Part shown: positions 10,068 to 20,179 of the stretch, piece after piece
How the letters are laid out: the number at the start of each line of letters is the position of its first letter
How positions within the stretch are numbered: position 1 is the stretch's first letter
NCBI GenBank assembly: GCA_030835925.1
Contig: JAURQW010000016.1
Coordinates: 4,731-68,730, forward strand
DNA length: 64,000 nt
Source of the DNA: Gammaproteobacteria bacterium
Lineage (GTDB): Bacteria; Pseudomonadota; Gammaproteobacteria; GCA-002705445; GCA-002716945
Reading direction: 5' to 3'
Notes under the pieces: model-generated
What the model was told of the DNA's origin: nothing
Seen by the model: only the letters and a program-made list of their open reading frames with translations
The model's database searches: none
Translations under genes and position numbers: made by a program

Positions 10068-11636
10068 TTACTCAATTATTTTTTTTATTGATTCTTTGTT
10101 AATATTAGCGCCAAAAACTTTCTGTAATTTATTGATATCTGGGCTATCTTTAACTTTATCATACCTATTATTCACTTCATTCTCATTTTTCATAGATTCA
10201 AATACTATCGGCGTCAATAAGCCAGTAGAATATTCAATGTTAATTTTAAGATTAATATTAAAGTACTTTTGAATTTTTGATATTAAATCATCTATACATA
10301 GTTTTGGATAGATATCTTTTTTATCTTCATTAATTCGTAGGGTCGGTGAATCTGTATCGATGCCAATCATTACTGACTGCATGGCTAAATGCATTGTTAA
10401 TCCTGAAAGACCCATATTTTGAACTGCATCCATCCATTTGTTGCTAATAGTTTCTCGGTCATTTTCATCAACTGATTCTGATAGATCAGGTGGTTTTGAT
10501 TCACTATGATCTTTGACCACGGTTTTTTTATATATATTATGTTTTGGTGATTCATTGTCATCTGTAAAATAAATCATCCTTAGAATTGTCATAATAAAAT
10601 GATTTTTTTTTGATGGACAATCTCTAAAATCTTTTTTTGAAGAAATAGCAATTTGGTAATATAGTTGTAGATCTTGAGAGCTTATTGAATTTGAATTTTC
10701 TTTACAAAAAGTATAGTGAGCGTCATCATCATTCAATAATTTTGATTGAATATTAGACAATGATAATTTATAAAAGATAGATATTATTGAGTCCATTAGA
10801 TTTATAAAATTTGAATGTGATTCAATATTCTCTACTGTATTAATCAGTGACTTAGCATCATGGTTTATGATACAAGAAATAATGTTTTCAATATTTTCTG
10901 AATCAATCTCACCAAGAAATGAAGCAATTTTGGAAGATTCAATATTACCATTACAATATGCTATACACTGTTCCAATAAGCTTAAGCTGTCCCTGATACT
11001 ACCATTAGCATTTTTAGATATTATTGACAGAGATAGATTATCATATTTAATATTCTCTTTAGTAAGGATGTCTGCTAGATGATTACTGATAGTCTCCTGA
11101 GATGCAGATGCTAATTTAAAATGAAGACATCTTGATAATATTGTATCAGGTAGTTTTTCTGGTTCTGTAGTTGCTAACAGAAATTTTACATGAGAAGGTG
11201 GTTCTTCTATTGTTTTAAGTAGAGCATTAAAGCTTTTTGTTGATAACATATGAACTTCATCAATCAGATAAACTTTAAACCTTGAAGCGGTTGGTAAATA
11301 CTGCACATTTTCCATCAAAGATCTTGTATCTTCTACTTTAGTCCTAGATGCAGCATCTATTTCAATTAAATCTAAATGGTTACCCTGATCTATTTCAATG
11401 CATGTAGAACATTCACCACATGGTTGAGAGGTAACTGATGTCTGACATAATAATGATTTGGCAAATAATCTAGCAATGGTAGTTTTACCCATTCCTCTTG
11501 TGCCAGAAAACAAATAAGAATTATGAAGTTTTTGCAGCTCTATAGAGTTTGAAAGCGTCTTAATAACAAGTTCTTGACCCCTAACTTCGCTGAAGAATTT
11601 AGGTCTATATTTTAATGCGAGTACATCAATATTCAT
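10068..11636 (-). CDS. dnaX: DNA polymerase III subunit tau/gamma
   Basis: AAA+ Walker A GTRGMGKTT and zinc module CGECSTC. Upstream of ybaB-recR. Confidence 0.9.
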   Translation of the reverse strand: MNIDVLALKYRPKFFSEVRGQELVIKTLSNSIELQKLHNSYLFSGTRGMGKTTIARLFAKSLLCQTSVTSQPCGECSTCIEIDQGNHLDLIEIDAASRTKVEDTRSLMENVQYLPTASRFKVYLIDEVHMLSTKSFNALLKTIEEPPSHVKFLLATTEPEKLPDTILSRCLHFKLASASQETISNHLADILTKENIKYDNLSLSIISKNANGSIRDSLSLLEQCIAYCNGNIESSKIASFLGEIDSENIENIISCIINHDAKSLINTVENIESHSNFINLMDSIISIFYKLSLSNIQSKLLNDDDAHYTFCKENSNSISSQDLQLYYQIAISSKKDFRDCPSKKNHFIMTILRMIYFTDDNESPKHNIYKKTVVKDHSESKPPDLSESVDENDRETISNKWMDAVQNMGLSGLTMHLAMQSVMIGIDTDSPTLRINEDKKDIYPKLCIDDLISKIQKYFNINLKINIEYSTGLLTPIVFESMKNENEVNNRYDKVKDSPDINKLQKVFGANINKESIKKIIE

Positions 11637-11684
11637 AAATTATTGTAGCTTATAATATATTTTTTAACCATAGCCCTCGGAGAA

Positions 11685-12347
11685 TTATAAGTGCCCAGTC
11701 TTTACAAAAATTAAAGCTCCCTCTTTTTTAGTAAATGGTTTATGTTCACTCAAATGAGGACTCCTTATCCAAGTGCCTTTCGGATAGGAGCCAAACTCAT
11801 CATAAAAAACACCATCTATGACAAATATTTCTTCACCGCCCCAATGTCTATGAGCATTGAATTGTGTATCTGGTTGCCATTTAACCATAGCAACATGTTC
11901 AGTTTTATACTCATGTAGTGGCATAACTTTTAAACCTGGAACCAAACCCTGGAACCATTCACTAGTTATTGTATTTTTTGTAATCCTGGTATTGTCGCCA
12001 TCTTTAAACTGTCTTAGCTTTACTAGAATCTTGCAGCCATCATTGCTAAAAGGTATATGCTCTGTATTATGGGGATTTCTAATATATGTGCCTTCGGGAT
12101 AATCTCCATATTGATCAGAAAAAATACCTTCTAGAACAAAGATCTCTTCGCCATTATCATGAGTATGATTATCAAATTTACTACCTGACTCAAAAGTAAC
12201 AATTGAAGAGGCTCTCGCAAACTCACCCATATTATCTCTCTCAAGGTATAATCTTTCAACTCCAGAAGAAGGTGATGTATGCCACTGTTCCTCATTAGTA
12301 TTGATAACTACTCTTTCAGAAAAATCTTGATTTAAAGATGTTGTCAT
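11685..12347 (-). CDS. Bicupin protein (two intact cupin metal-binding motifs; ChrR-cupin-like)
   Basis: Two tandem cupin units, each with an HxHxxxEE ... H motif set (HTHDNGEEIFVLEG / PHNTEH and HRHWGGEEIFVIDG / PHLSEH). Confidence 0.5.
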   Translation of the reverse strand: MTTSLNQDFSERVVINTNEEQWHTSPSSGVERLYLERDNMGEFARASSIVTFESGSKFDNHTHDNGEEIFVLEGIFSDQYGDYPEGTYIRNPHNTEHIPFSNDGCKILVKLRQFKDGDNTRITKNTITSEWFQGLVPGLKVMPLHEYKTEHVAMVKWQPDTQFNAHRHWGGEEIFVIDGVFYDEFGSYPKGTWIRSPHLSEHKPFTKKEGALIFVKTGHL

Positions 12348-12349
12348 AA

Positions 12350-12676
12350 TTATGAGGTTTCCTTAATAAGATTTACTATTAATCCATTATATTCATTTTT
12401 AATTTCAATTTGACATGCTAAGCGGCTGAATTTTTCATTATAATGTTTAGACTTTTCTAATAAATATGTTTCTAATGAAGCAGACCATATAGGCTCAATT
12501 CTATTAATCCAATTATCATCAATATAAACATGACATGTGCCGCAGGCACAATTACCTTTGCAATCACCTGTAATTTCGGAAATATTTAGTTTTTTAGCCG
12601 CATCTAATAGAGTTTGTCCTTCATTGACAGTTACTGATGACACTGAATCAGATTTTTTAAAATGTATTTCAATCAT
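12350..12676 (-). CDS. [2Fe-2S] ferredoxin, adrenodoxin/Fdx type
   Basis: Cys pattern C-x5-C-x2-C ... C (GDCKGNCACGTCHVY ... RLACQ), closely resembling ISC-type Fdx/putidaredoxin-class ferredoxins. Confidence 0.8.
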   Translation of the reverse strand: MIEIHFKKSDSVSSVTVNEGQTLLDAAKKLNISEITGDCKGNCACGTCHVYIDDNWINRIEPIWSASLETYLLEKSKHYNEKFSRLACQIEIKNEYNGLIVNLIKETS

Positions 12677-12693
12677 GACATAAACTACTTATC

Positions 12694-13140
12694 TTATTTT
12701 CCCTCTATAAACTTCAAGAACGTATCTGTTAATAAATATGGGCTTTTATAATTATCTAAAAATGAGTTTTTTAAATCTGCAGCTAATGGTAAAGGGTCTA
12801 TAGCAGCATCACCATTGACCAACATTCCTTTATTGGTAACTAAAATACAAAAACCCAAATATTGTGACATGCCCTCTATCTTTAACATAAAATTTCTAGT
12901 TCCACCATAGAGCACATATACCCTAAAGTTATTAATGATACTTAAGGACTCAACCTGACCATCTTTTTCTGATAGGTCGTTAATTTTGATGTTATTTAGC
13001 TTTTTTTTAAATTCCCAGATAGTAATATTCTTTTCAGATAACAAATTAACTAAAATATTTGTAAACGGTACTAAGAACTCTGTAGCGTTTTGTAATTCAT
13101 CATTTTCAAGACATTCATGAGCCATGACATATAATATCAT
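12694..13140 (-). CDS. Hypothetical protein (148 aa, no recognised domain)
   Basis: ORF with coding-like composition, co-oriented and tightly spaced with the ferredoxin and bicupin genes. No motif recognised. Confidence 0.4.
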   Translation of the reverse strand: MILYVMAHECLENDELQNATEFLVPFTNILVNLLSEKNITIWEFKKKLNNIKINDLSEKDGQVESLSIINNFRVYVLYGGTRNFMLKIEGMSQYLGFCILVTNKGMLVNGDAAIDPLPLAADLKNSFLDNYKSPYLLTDTFLKFIEGK

Positions 13141-13173
13141 GAATTAATCCATATAGTGAAAACATGGTTTTAA

Positions 13174-13260
13174 TGGAGAGAGGGAGATTCGAACTCCCGG
13201 TTGATTTGACTCAACACTACCTTTCCAAGGTAGCACGATAGACCACTCTGACACCTCTCC
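13174..13260 (-). tRNA. tRNA-Ser (anticodon GGA)
   Basis: Reverse complement reads GGAGAGGTGTCAGAGTGGTC...CTACCTTGGAAAGGTAG (anticodon loop TTGGAAA), then a long variable arm and T-arm GGGAGTTCGAATCTCCC. Cloverleaf assembled by hand. Confidence 0.8.
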
Positions 13261-13366
13261 ATAATTCGGAATATGCATTATTATACCTTAAGTTAATTTA
13301 GACAGACAATTTAACGATTAGAAATAGTTAGAATTTTCCAAGATAATTGATATAGTAATACTCTTT

Positions 13367-14074
13367 ATGAGCATTTTAGAAATATTTATTATAATCACTC
13401 TAAGTATCTTTCAATCAATATTTGGGGTAGGTTTATTAGTTTTTGGAACTCCTATATTTTTACAACTAGGGTATGGCTTTTTTGAGGTACTCAACATATT
13501 GTTACCCTTCTCGATCGTTATAAGTTTCCTTCAACTAATCACTAAAAGTGAGTTGACAGATAAGTTTGCAAAAAACTTTGTTTTTTTCTGTATACCATTA
13601 TTAATTTTATCTCTAGTGATATTAGAAAATATCTATGATCAAATTAATATCATTCTTATTGTTGCTATAATCATGGTATCTTTTTCTACATTAAATATTT
13701 TAGTTTCTAAAGGAATGCTGAGATTTAAACTAAATCAATCAGTCAGATCTTTAAGTCTCGCTTTACTGGGATTACTTCATGGGTTTACGAACTTAGGTGG
13801 TGGATTTCTTGCCTTAATATCTTCGAACATAGGAAATAGTAAATTAGAGGTAAGGACTAATATTGCCTTTGGGTATTTAGTATTTGGAGTAATCCAGATA
13901 TTATATGTGAATATTTTTATTCAGAGTATGGATTTAGATATTCTATTTTTGATTATTATTCCAATAATATGTTTTTTTATCTCACAAATAATATTTAATA
14001 AAATAAGTGGAAAATTATTTCCGATATTAATAAATTATATGGTGCTTATATATGGCATATTTTTACTATTTTAA
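13367..14074 (+). CDS. Polytopic membrane protein, probable TSUP (TauE/SafE, DUF81) family permease
   Basis: 235 aa, highly hydrophobic with about 7-8 TM segments and Gly-rich helix motifs (VGLLVFGTP; LGGGFLAL) typical of DUF81. Confidence 0.5.
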   Translation: MSILEIFIIITLSIFQSIFGVGLLVFGTPIFLQLGYGFFEVLNILLPFSIVISFLQLITKSELTDKFAKNFVFFCIPLLILSLVILENIYDQINIILIVAIIMVSFSTLNILVSKGMLRFKLNQSVRSLSLALLGLLHGFTNLGGGFLALISSNIGNSKLEVRTNIAFGYLVFGVIQILYVNIFIQSMDLDILFLIIIPIICFFISQIIFNKISGKLFPILINYMVLIYGIFLLF

Positions 14075-15291
14075 AAATATCTTTGTTTTGCTCTAGCAGT
14101 TGAATAATGAAAAAGAATAAGGCCAATTATGAAAAAGATGGATATGCTGGCAATCCCTACTCTACTATCAGATGAATAAAAAGTAACCATCCCAACGACT
14201 ATTGGTCCCAGCAAAGCTGCAAATTTACCTAACATATTATAAATGCCAAAGAACTCTGAAGATCTATTTTGAGGAATCAATGCAGCAAAATATGACCTAC
14301 TTAGGGCTTGTATACCACCCTGAACAAGCCCAATTAAAGTAGCAATCAGATAAAACTGTTGAACTGAATATAGGTTATAAGCAAAATATGTAATACCCAG
14401 ATATATTAAAAGACATAGTACAATGGCTTTCTCAATACTAAATAAGTCTGATATTTTTAGTATAATTAATGTACCAGGAAAACTTACAAACTGAGTAACT
14501 AATAAAGCAAGTAATAAGTCATTACTGGAAAAGCCAATTGTTAATCCATAATTAACAGCCATTCTAATAATAGTGTCCACTCCATCTATATAAACCCAAT
14601 AGGCGATAAGAAAATAAAATACCTTTTTGTTAGAAAATAACTCTTTAAAAGATTCTAAAATAGAAACATTTAACTTATTACGTTTATCATCATCCTTCCA
14701 GAAGAAAAATAAAGGTAGCATAAATAAAGACCACCATATAGATGTAAATATAAATACAATCTTCTTAGATGCAATTAGCTCTATATTAGATTGACCAGCA
14801 TAATATAGAAAAAAAAGGGCTAGCACAAATGCAATGCCCCCTCCAAGATAACCGAAAGCATAACCAAATGATGATATTTTATTGAACTGGTTACTTTCGA
14901 AATCGATTAACATTGAGTCATAGAATACGTTTGACATCATAAAGCCCAATAAAGATACAGAAAAAAGTATGGAGGCAATTATGTAGCTATTTGTTGATAC
15001 AACAGATAGCAAGAGTGTCGAAACAATACTAATTAGAGCAAAGATAGATAAGAATAATTTCTTTTTATTAAATCTATCTGCCAAAAGACCAAATAAAGGT
15101 GCCAAAAGAATTAATAGTAAACTTGCAATTGAATTTGATATTCCAAGATAGAGAGTTCTCTCGGATGAGTCTATTGTAGCAGCAAAGTATTCAGCATAGA
15201 TAATTGGAAAAAAACCAGCCAGCACTATAGTGGCATAAGCAGAATTAGCCCAATCATATAATACCCAGCTATAATATTTTTTATTTTCCAC
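14071..15291 (-). CDS. MFS transporter, UMF1 family
   Basis: N-terminal WVLYDWANSAY motif typical of UMF1/Atg22-like MFS proteins and about 12 TM segments. Apparent GTG start. Confidence 0.7.
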   Translation of the reverse strand: MENKKYYSWVLYDWANSAYATIVLAGFFPIIYAEYFAATIDSSERTLYLGISNSIASLLLILLAPLFGLLADRFNKKKLFLSIFALISIVSTLLLSVVSTNSYIIASILFSVSLLGFMMSNVFYDSMLIDFESNQFNKISSFGYAFGYLGGGIAFVLALFFLYYAGQSNIELIASKKIVFIFTSIWWSLFMLPLFFFWKDDDKRNKLNVSILESFKELFSNKKVFYFLIAYWVYIDGVDTIIRMAVNYGLTIGFSSNDLLLALLVTQFVSFPGTLIILKISDLFSIEKAIVLCLLIYLGITYFAYNLYSVQQFYLIATLIGLVQGGIQALSRSYFAALIPQNRSSEFFGIYNMLGKFAALLGPIVVGMVTFYSSDSRVGIASISIFFIIGLILFHYSTARAKQRYF

Positions 15292-15299
15292 AATTTATA

Positions 15300-15386
15300 A
15301 GGAAGCGGTGGGATTCGAACCCACGAGAGCTTTGACACCCTAACGGTTTTCAAGACCGGCCCCTTCAACCACTCAGGCACGCTTCC
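15300..15386 (-). tRNA. tRNA-Ser (anticodon UGA)
   Basis: Reverse complement GGAAGCGTGCCTGAGTGGTTGAAGG...CCGGTCTTGAAAACCG... closely matches the E. coli tRNA-Ser(UGA) layout. Anticodon loop CTTGAAA, long variable arm, T-arm GGGTTCGAATCCC. Confidence 0.8.
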
Positions 15387-15424
15387 ATTTTTGATAAACT
15401 ATTATAGAGTAAAATTACAGAAGA

Positions 15425-16681
15425 TCATAATTTAATAATATCAAAACCAGTAATTGGCTGAAGTACTTTTGGAATCTTGATTATTTTACCATCTGTATGG
15501 TTCTCTATTAATGCCGCCATAGTTCTACCAATGGCTAAACCAGATCCATTAAGAGTACTAACATATTCTTTCCTCTTAGTTACATTATTCTTATATTTAA
15601 TATTCAACCTTCTTGATTGAAAATCACCAAAATAACTACAAGAAGAGATTTCACGATAGCATTCTTGGCTTGGGAACCATGCTTCGATATCATATGTTTT
15701 GCATGAAGAAAAGCCAAGATCCCCCGTGGAAAGCATTACTCTTTGATAAGGTATCTCTAAATCTTCCATGATCTTTTCTGCATGACTGGTAATCATATCT
15801 AATGATTTCTCAGCGTCTTGTGGGCAAGTAATATGGACTAATTCAACTTTTTCAAACTGATGCTGTCTTATTATGCCTTTAGTATCTTTTCCATATGAAC
15901 CAGCTTCTGATCTAAAACAAGGAGTATGCGCAACCATATATACAGGAAGATCATTTTCAATCATAATCTTATCTCTATATAGATTCGTAAGCGGGACCTC
16001 GGCAGTAGGTATCAAATAAAGATCACTATCATTAATCTTAAATAAATCTTCCTCAAATTTTGGAAGTTGACCAGTCCCTCTCATAGACTCACTGTTAACA
16101 ACATATGGTACATTATACTCAATGTAATTATTAACCTCAGTATGTTGATTGAGCATATATGACACCAAAGATCTATGTAATTTAGCAATTTGTCCTTTCA
16201 TAACAACAAATCTTGTTTTAGATATTTTTGCCCCAAGCTCAAAGTTTAATAATCCATTTTTAGTAAACAAGGATGAATGCTCAAAATTATGTCTTTTTGG
16301 TGAACCCCATGTCTTTATAATCTTATTATCTTTATCATCTTCACCAACCGGGACATCATCTAAGGGAATATTTGGTATATCCAACATAAGTTTAGTCAAC
16401 TCAGATTCTTTTTCCTCCAAGAGAGACTTATTGTGACTGATCTTTTTTTCAAATTCTTGAGATTGTTTTTTGATTTCATTTTTTTCATCTTCAGTCGATG
16501 CATCTTTGAATTTATCATTTAGTTTATTTTTATTAGCAGCTATAGTTTCTTTTATTTTTATGAGATCTTTTCTCTGGTTATATATATCTATGATATCGGC
16601 AGGATTAAGTGAGTAACCTCTCTTCATAAGCTTACTTTCAATTCCTTTTGGATCATTAATGATTATGTTTATATTTAACAT
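15425..16681 (-). CDS. serS: Seryl-tRNA synthetase
   Basis: N-terminal coiled-coil arm plus class II catalytic core motifs. Length is 418 aa. Confidence 0.95.
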   Translation of the reverse strand: MLNINIIINDPKGIESKLMKRGYSLNPADIIDIYNQRKDLIKIKETIAANKNKLNDKFKDASTEDEKNEIKKQSQEFEKKISHNKSLLEEKESELTKLMLDIPNIPLDDVPVGEDDKDNKIIKTWGSPKRHNFEHSSLFTKNGLLNFELGAKISKTRFVVMKGQIAKLHRSLVSYMLNQHTEVNNYIEYNVPYVVNSESMRGTGQLPKFEEDLFKINDSDLYLIPTAEVPLTNLYRDKIMIENDLPVYMVAHTPCFRSEAGSYGKDTKGIIRQHQFEKVELVHITCPQDAEKSLDMITSHAEKIMEDLEIPYQRVMLSTGDLGFSSCKTYDIEAWFPSQECYREISSCSYFGDFQSRRLNIKYKNNVTKRKEYVSTLNGSGLAIGRTMAALIENHTDGKIIKIPKVLQPITGFDIIKL

Positions 16682-16691
16682 TTTGAGTTAT

Positions 16692-18938
16692 CTAGTCTTC
16701 TTTTTTTAAAATTTCTCTATTACCATTCGATTGCTGAGCAGAGAGTATACCATTAGATTCCATTGCTTCAATTATATTTGCTGCGCGATTATAACCTATT
16801 CTAAGTTTTCTCTGAATATATGAAATTGATGTTTTTTTCGTTTCCATAACAACTTGAACTGCTTCTGCATACAAAGGGTCATCATTAGAATCAATATCTA
16901 TAGGGTTTGAGGACTCATCATCTTCTGCAGATAATAATGAGTCAATATATTCTGCCTCGCTACTCTTCTTCAAAAAATTTACTATATCTTTTACTTCATT
17001 ATCACTAACATATGCGCCATGGACTCGTTGCGGAACTCTTGATCCAGGGCTCATGAATAACATATCGCCGTTACCCAATAAGTCCTCAGCACCCATAGTA
17101 TCTATGATGGTTCTGGAATCAATGTTAGTTGTTACTTGTAATGCTGCTCTTGCAGGTATATTGGCTTTTATTAGCCCTGTTATAACATTTACCGACGGTC
17201 TTTGAGTTGCTAATATCAGATGAATCCCCGCTGCTCTTGCTTTCGCAGCTAATCTTGTAATAAGGTCTTCAACTTTTTTACCTACCACTAGAATCATATC
17301 GGCAAACTCATCTATAACAACAACAATGTATGGTAGTTTTTCATGATAAATAACACTATCTGCTTGATTGCTCTGGACTTCTAGTCTTTCACCTGCCTGT
17401 TCATTATCCATGATAAGCTTATTATATGCCTTGATATCTCTTACTTTTAATTCTTGCATTATTCGATATCTTTTTTCCATTTGTTGAACACACCATCTGA
17501 GGGCACTGGAGGCATCATTCATATCAGTTATAACTGGGTTTAAAAGGTGTGGAATACCGTCATAAACACTGAGCTCTAACATCTTTGGATCAACTAATAG
17601 CATCTTTAGGTCTGATGGATCAGATTTATACAGCAAGCTAACAAGCATTGTATGAAGTGTTACTGATTTTCCTGAACCTGTTGTACCAGCTACCAATAGA
17701 TGTGGGAGTTTCTGAAGATCTGTACATACAGGCATGCCTTGTATATTTTTACCTAAAGCCATAGTGAGAGGTGACTTAGAGGATTCATAATTTTTAGATA
17801 TAATTATCTCTTTTAATGAGACAATCTCTCGATTATCATTTGGCACCTCTATACCAACTGCAGAGGTCCCAGGAATATTATCAACAACCCTAAGGCTAGG
17901 CACAGACATTGTTCTAGCTAAATCTTTAGACAAATTTATTATCTGGCTAACTTTAATTCCTTTAGCAGGTGTTACTTCAAATAATGTAACGACAGGACCA
18001 GGTTTAACGGAAGTAACCTCAGTTTCAATACCAAAATCTCTAAGATTACTCTCTAGCAGTCTTGCCATAAGCTGTAATGAGTCATTGTCCAGTGATGCAG
18101 CATCACTAGGGTGATCTATGAGTAATTCAAGTAAAGGTAATTCTGTTTTTTTTGGAAATTTGAAAAGTTCTGTCTGTTTTTCTTTAAAGGCTCTCTTACT
18201 CACATGCTTTGGCTTTTCAGGCGTATCAATTGATGTTTTTACATCTTGGGTTATATTGGTGGTATTGGAAATCTTTGATAGTTCTTTTTTCTTAGCAATG
18301 AATAGAGTTATTTTTTCATAGTAGGAATTACTAGTATATTTAGACTTGAGATATACATATTTCAAGATAGTATAGATATTTTTAGATAATACTTTTATCG
18401 ATATATTTAAATATGATAATAGAGAATATATAAATAGAATTATAGATACTACAATAGTTCCTGATATACCAATATAAGTGCTTAACTCTGAAAACAGTAT
18501 AGATCCGATTTCACCACCCCCTCGTATTTCATTTAAATCTATTTGAAATATATAATAACTACTGAAAGTGAAAATTATACATGCAGTCAAAATAGTGATT
18601 AATAAAAACCCAAGACGCATCATTTTTTGAGAAGATTCAATATCATAACTTTTAAATGACCTATATATCATATGAAAAAATATGATTGGGAGTACAAATG
18701 CAAAATAACCAAAGATTTCGATAAATACAAAAGAGGTATATGCACCTAATATACCAATATAATTATTCACAGATGAGGATAGACCAGAGTTTAGAAAATT
18801 CGGATCATTAGGATCATGAGAATATATAGATAATAAGAAGAGAAGCGCAATAACTATGTAAAAGAGCATACCGATCTCTCTTTTAAAAGATGTGAACCTG
18901 TTGGTGGAAAGTTTTTTATTTTTTCTAACTTGAGCCAT
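16692..18938 (-). CDS. ftsK: DNA translocase FtsK
   Basis: N-terminal TM domain, Pro/Ser-rich linker, motor domain with Walker A GTTGSGKS and a C-terminal gamma winged-helix domain. Confidence 0.9.
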   Translation of the reverse strand: MAQVRKNKKLSTNRFTSFKREIGMLFYIVIALLFLLSIYSHDPNDPNFLNSGLSSSVNNYIGILGAYTSFVFIEIFGYFAFVLPIIFFHMIYRSFKSYDIESSQKMMRLGFLLITILTACIIFTFSSYYIFQIDLNEIRGGGEIGSILFSELSTYIGISGTIVVSIILFIYSLLSYLNISIKVLSKNIYTILKYVYLKSKYTSNSYYEKITLFIAKKKELSKISNTTNITQDVKTSIDTPEKPKHVSKRAFKEKQTELFKFPKKTELPLLELLIDHPSDAASLDNDSLQLMARLLESNLRDFGIETEVTSVKPGPVVTLFEVTPAKGIKVSQIINLSKDLARTMSVPSLRVVDNIPGTSAVGIEVPNDNREIVSLKEIIISKNYESSKSPLTMALGKNIQGMPVCTDLQKLPHLLVAGTTGSGKSVTLHTMLVSLLYKSDPSDLKMLLVDPKMLELSVYDGIPHLLNPVITDMNDASSALRWCVQQMEKRYRIMQELKVRDIKAYNKLIMDNEQAGERLEVQSNQADSVIYHEKLPYIVVVIDEFADMILVVGKKVEDLITRLAAKARAAGIHLILATQRPSVNVITGLIKANIPARAALQVTTNIDSRTIIDTMGAEDLLGNGDMLFMSPGSRVPQRVHGAYVSDNEVKDIVNFLKKSSEAEYIDSLLSAEDDESSNPIDIDSNDDPLYAEAVQVVMETKKTSISYIQRKLRIGYNRAANIIEAMESNGILSAQQSNGNREILKKED

Positions 18939-19034
18939 TAAGCCTCGTTTCTTTTTATTTTAATATAAAATTATCACATTTTCCATGAAGATGAGGTAAA
19001 TAATCTTTAAGTGTTGTTATAAAAATAAGATTAA

Positions 19035-19997
<963 letters not shown>

Positions 19998-20023
19998 ACA
20001 ATTATTTCGTCGTTTTAGTTACC

Positions 20024-20179
20024 CGAAAAATGCAACATTACAACTGCAACTAAAATTACACTCAATGCTGCAACACCTGAGCTCAATAAAGTTTTAACAA
20101 GAATATACTCACTAGGGATTTTTTTATTAAGCATATATAATCCTAATATCATCCCGATAAGTATTAATATAGGTCTCAT
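20024..20179 (-). CDS. Small hydrophobic protein (51 aa), translationally coupled to thrC
   Basis: Not in the supplied ORF track. Minus-strand ATG at 20179-20177 overlaps the thrC TGA stop (ATGA). Encodes MRPILILIGMILGLYMLNKKIPSEYILVKTLLSSGVAALSVILVAVVMLHFSGN with two predicted TM helices. Confidence 0.35.

Noticed and set aside
13141-13366. Whether the tRNA-Ser(GGA) flank plus the 225-bp spacer hides a degenerate att site or integrase remnant.
   Set aside because: No ORF and no repeat of the tRNA 3' end was found nearby. The spacer is just AT-rich, promoter-like sequence for the divergent TSUP gene.
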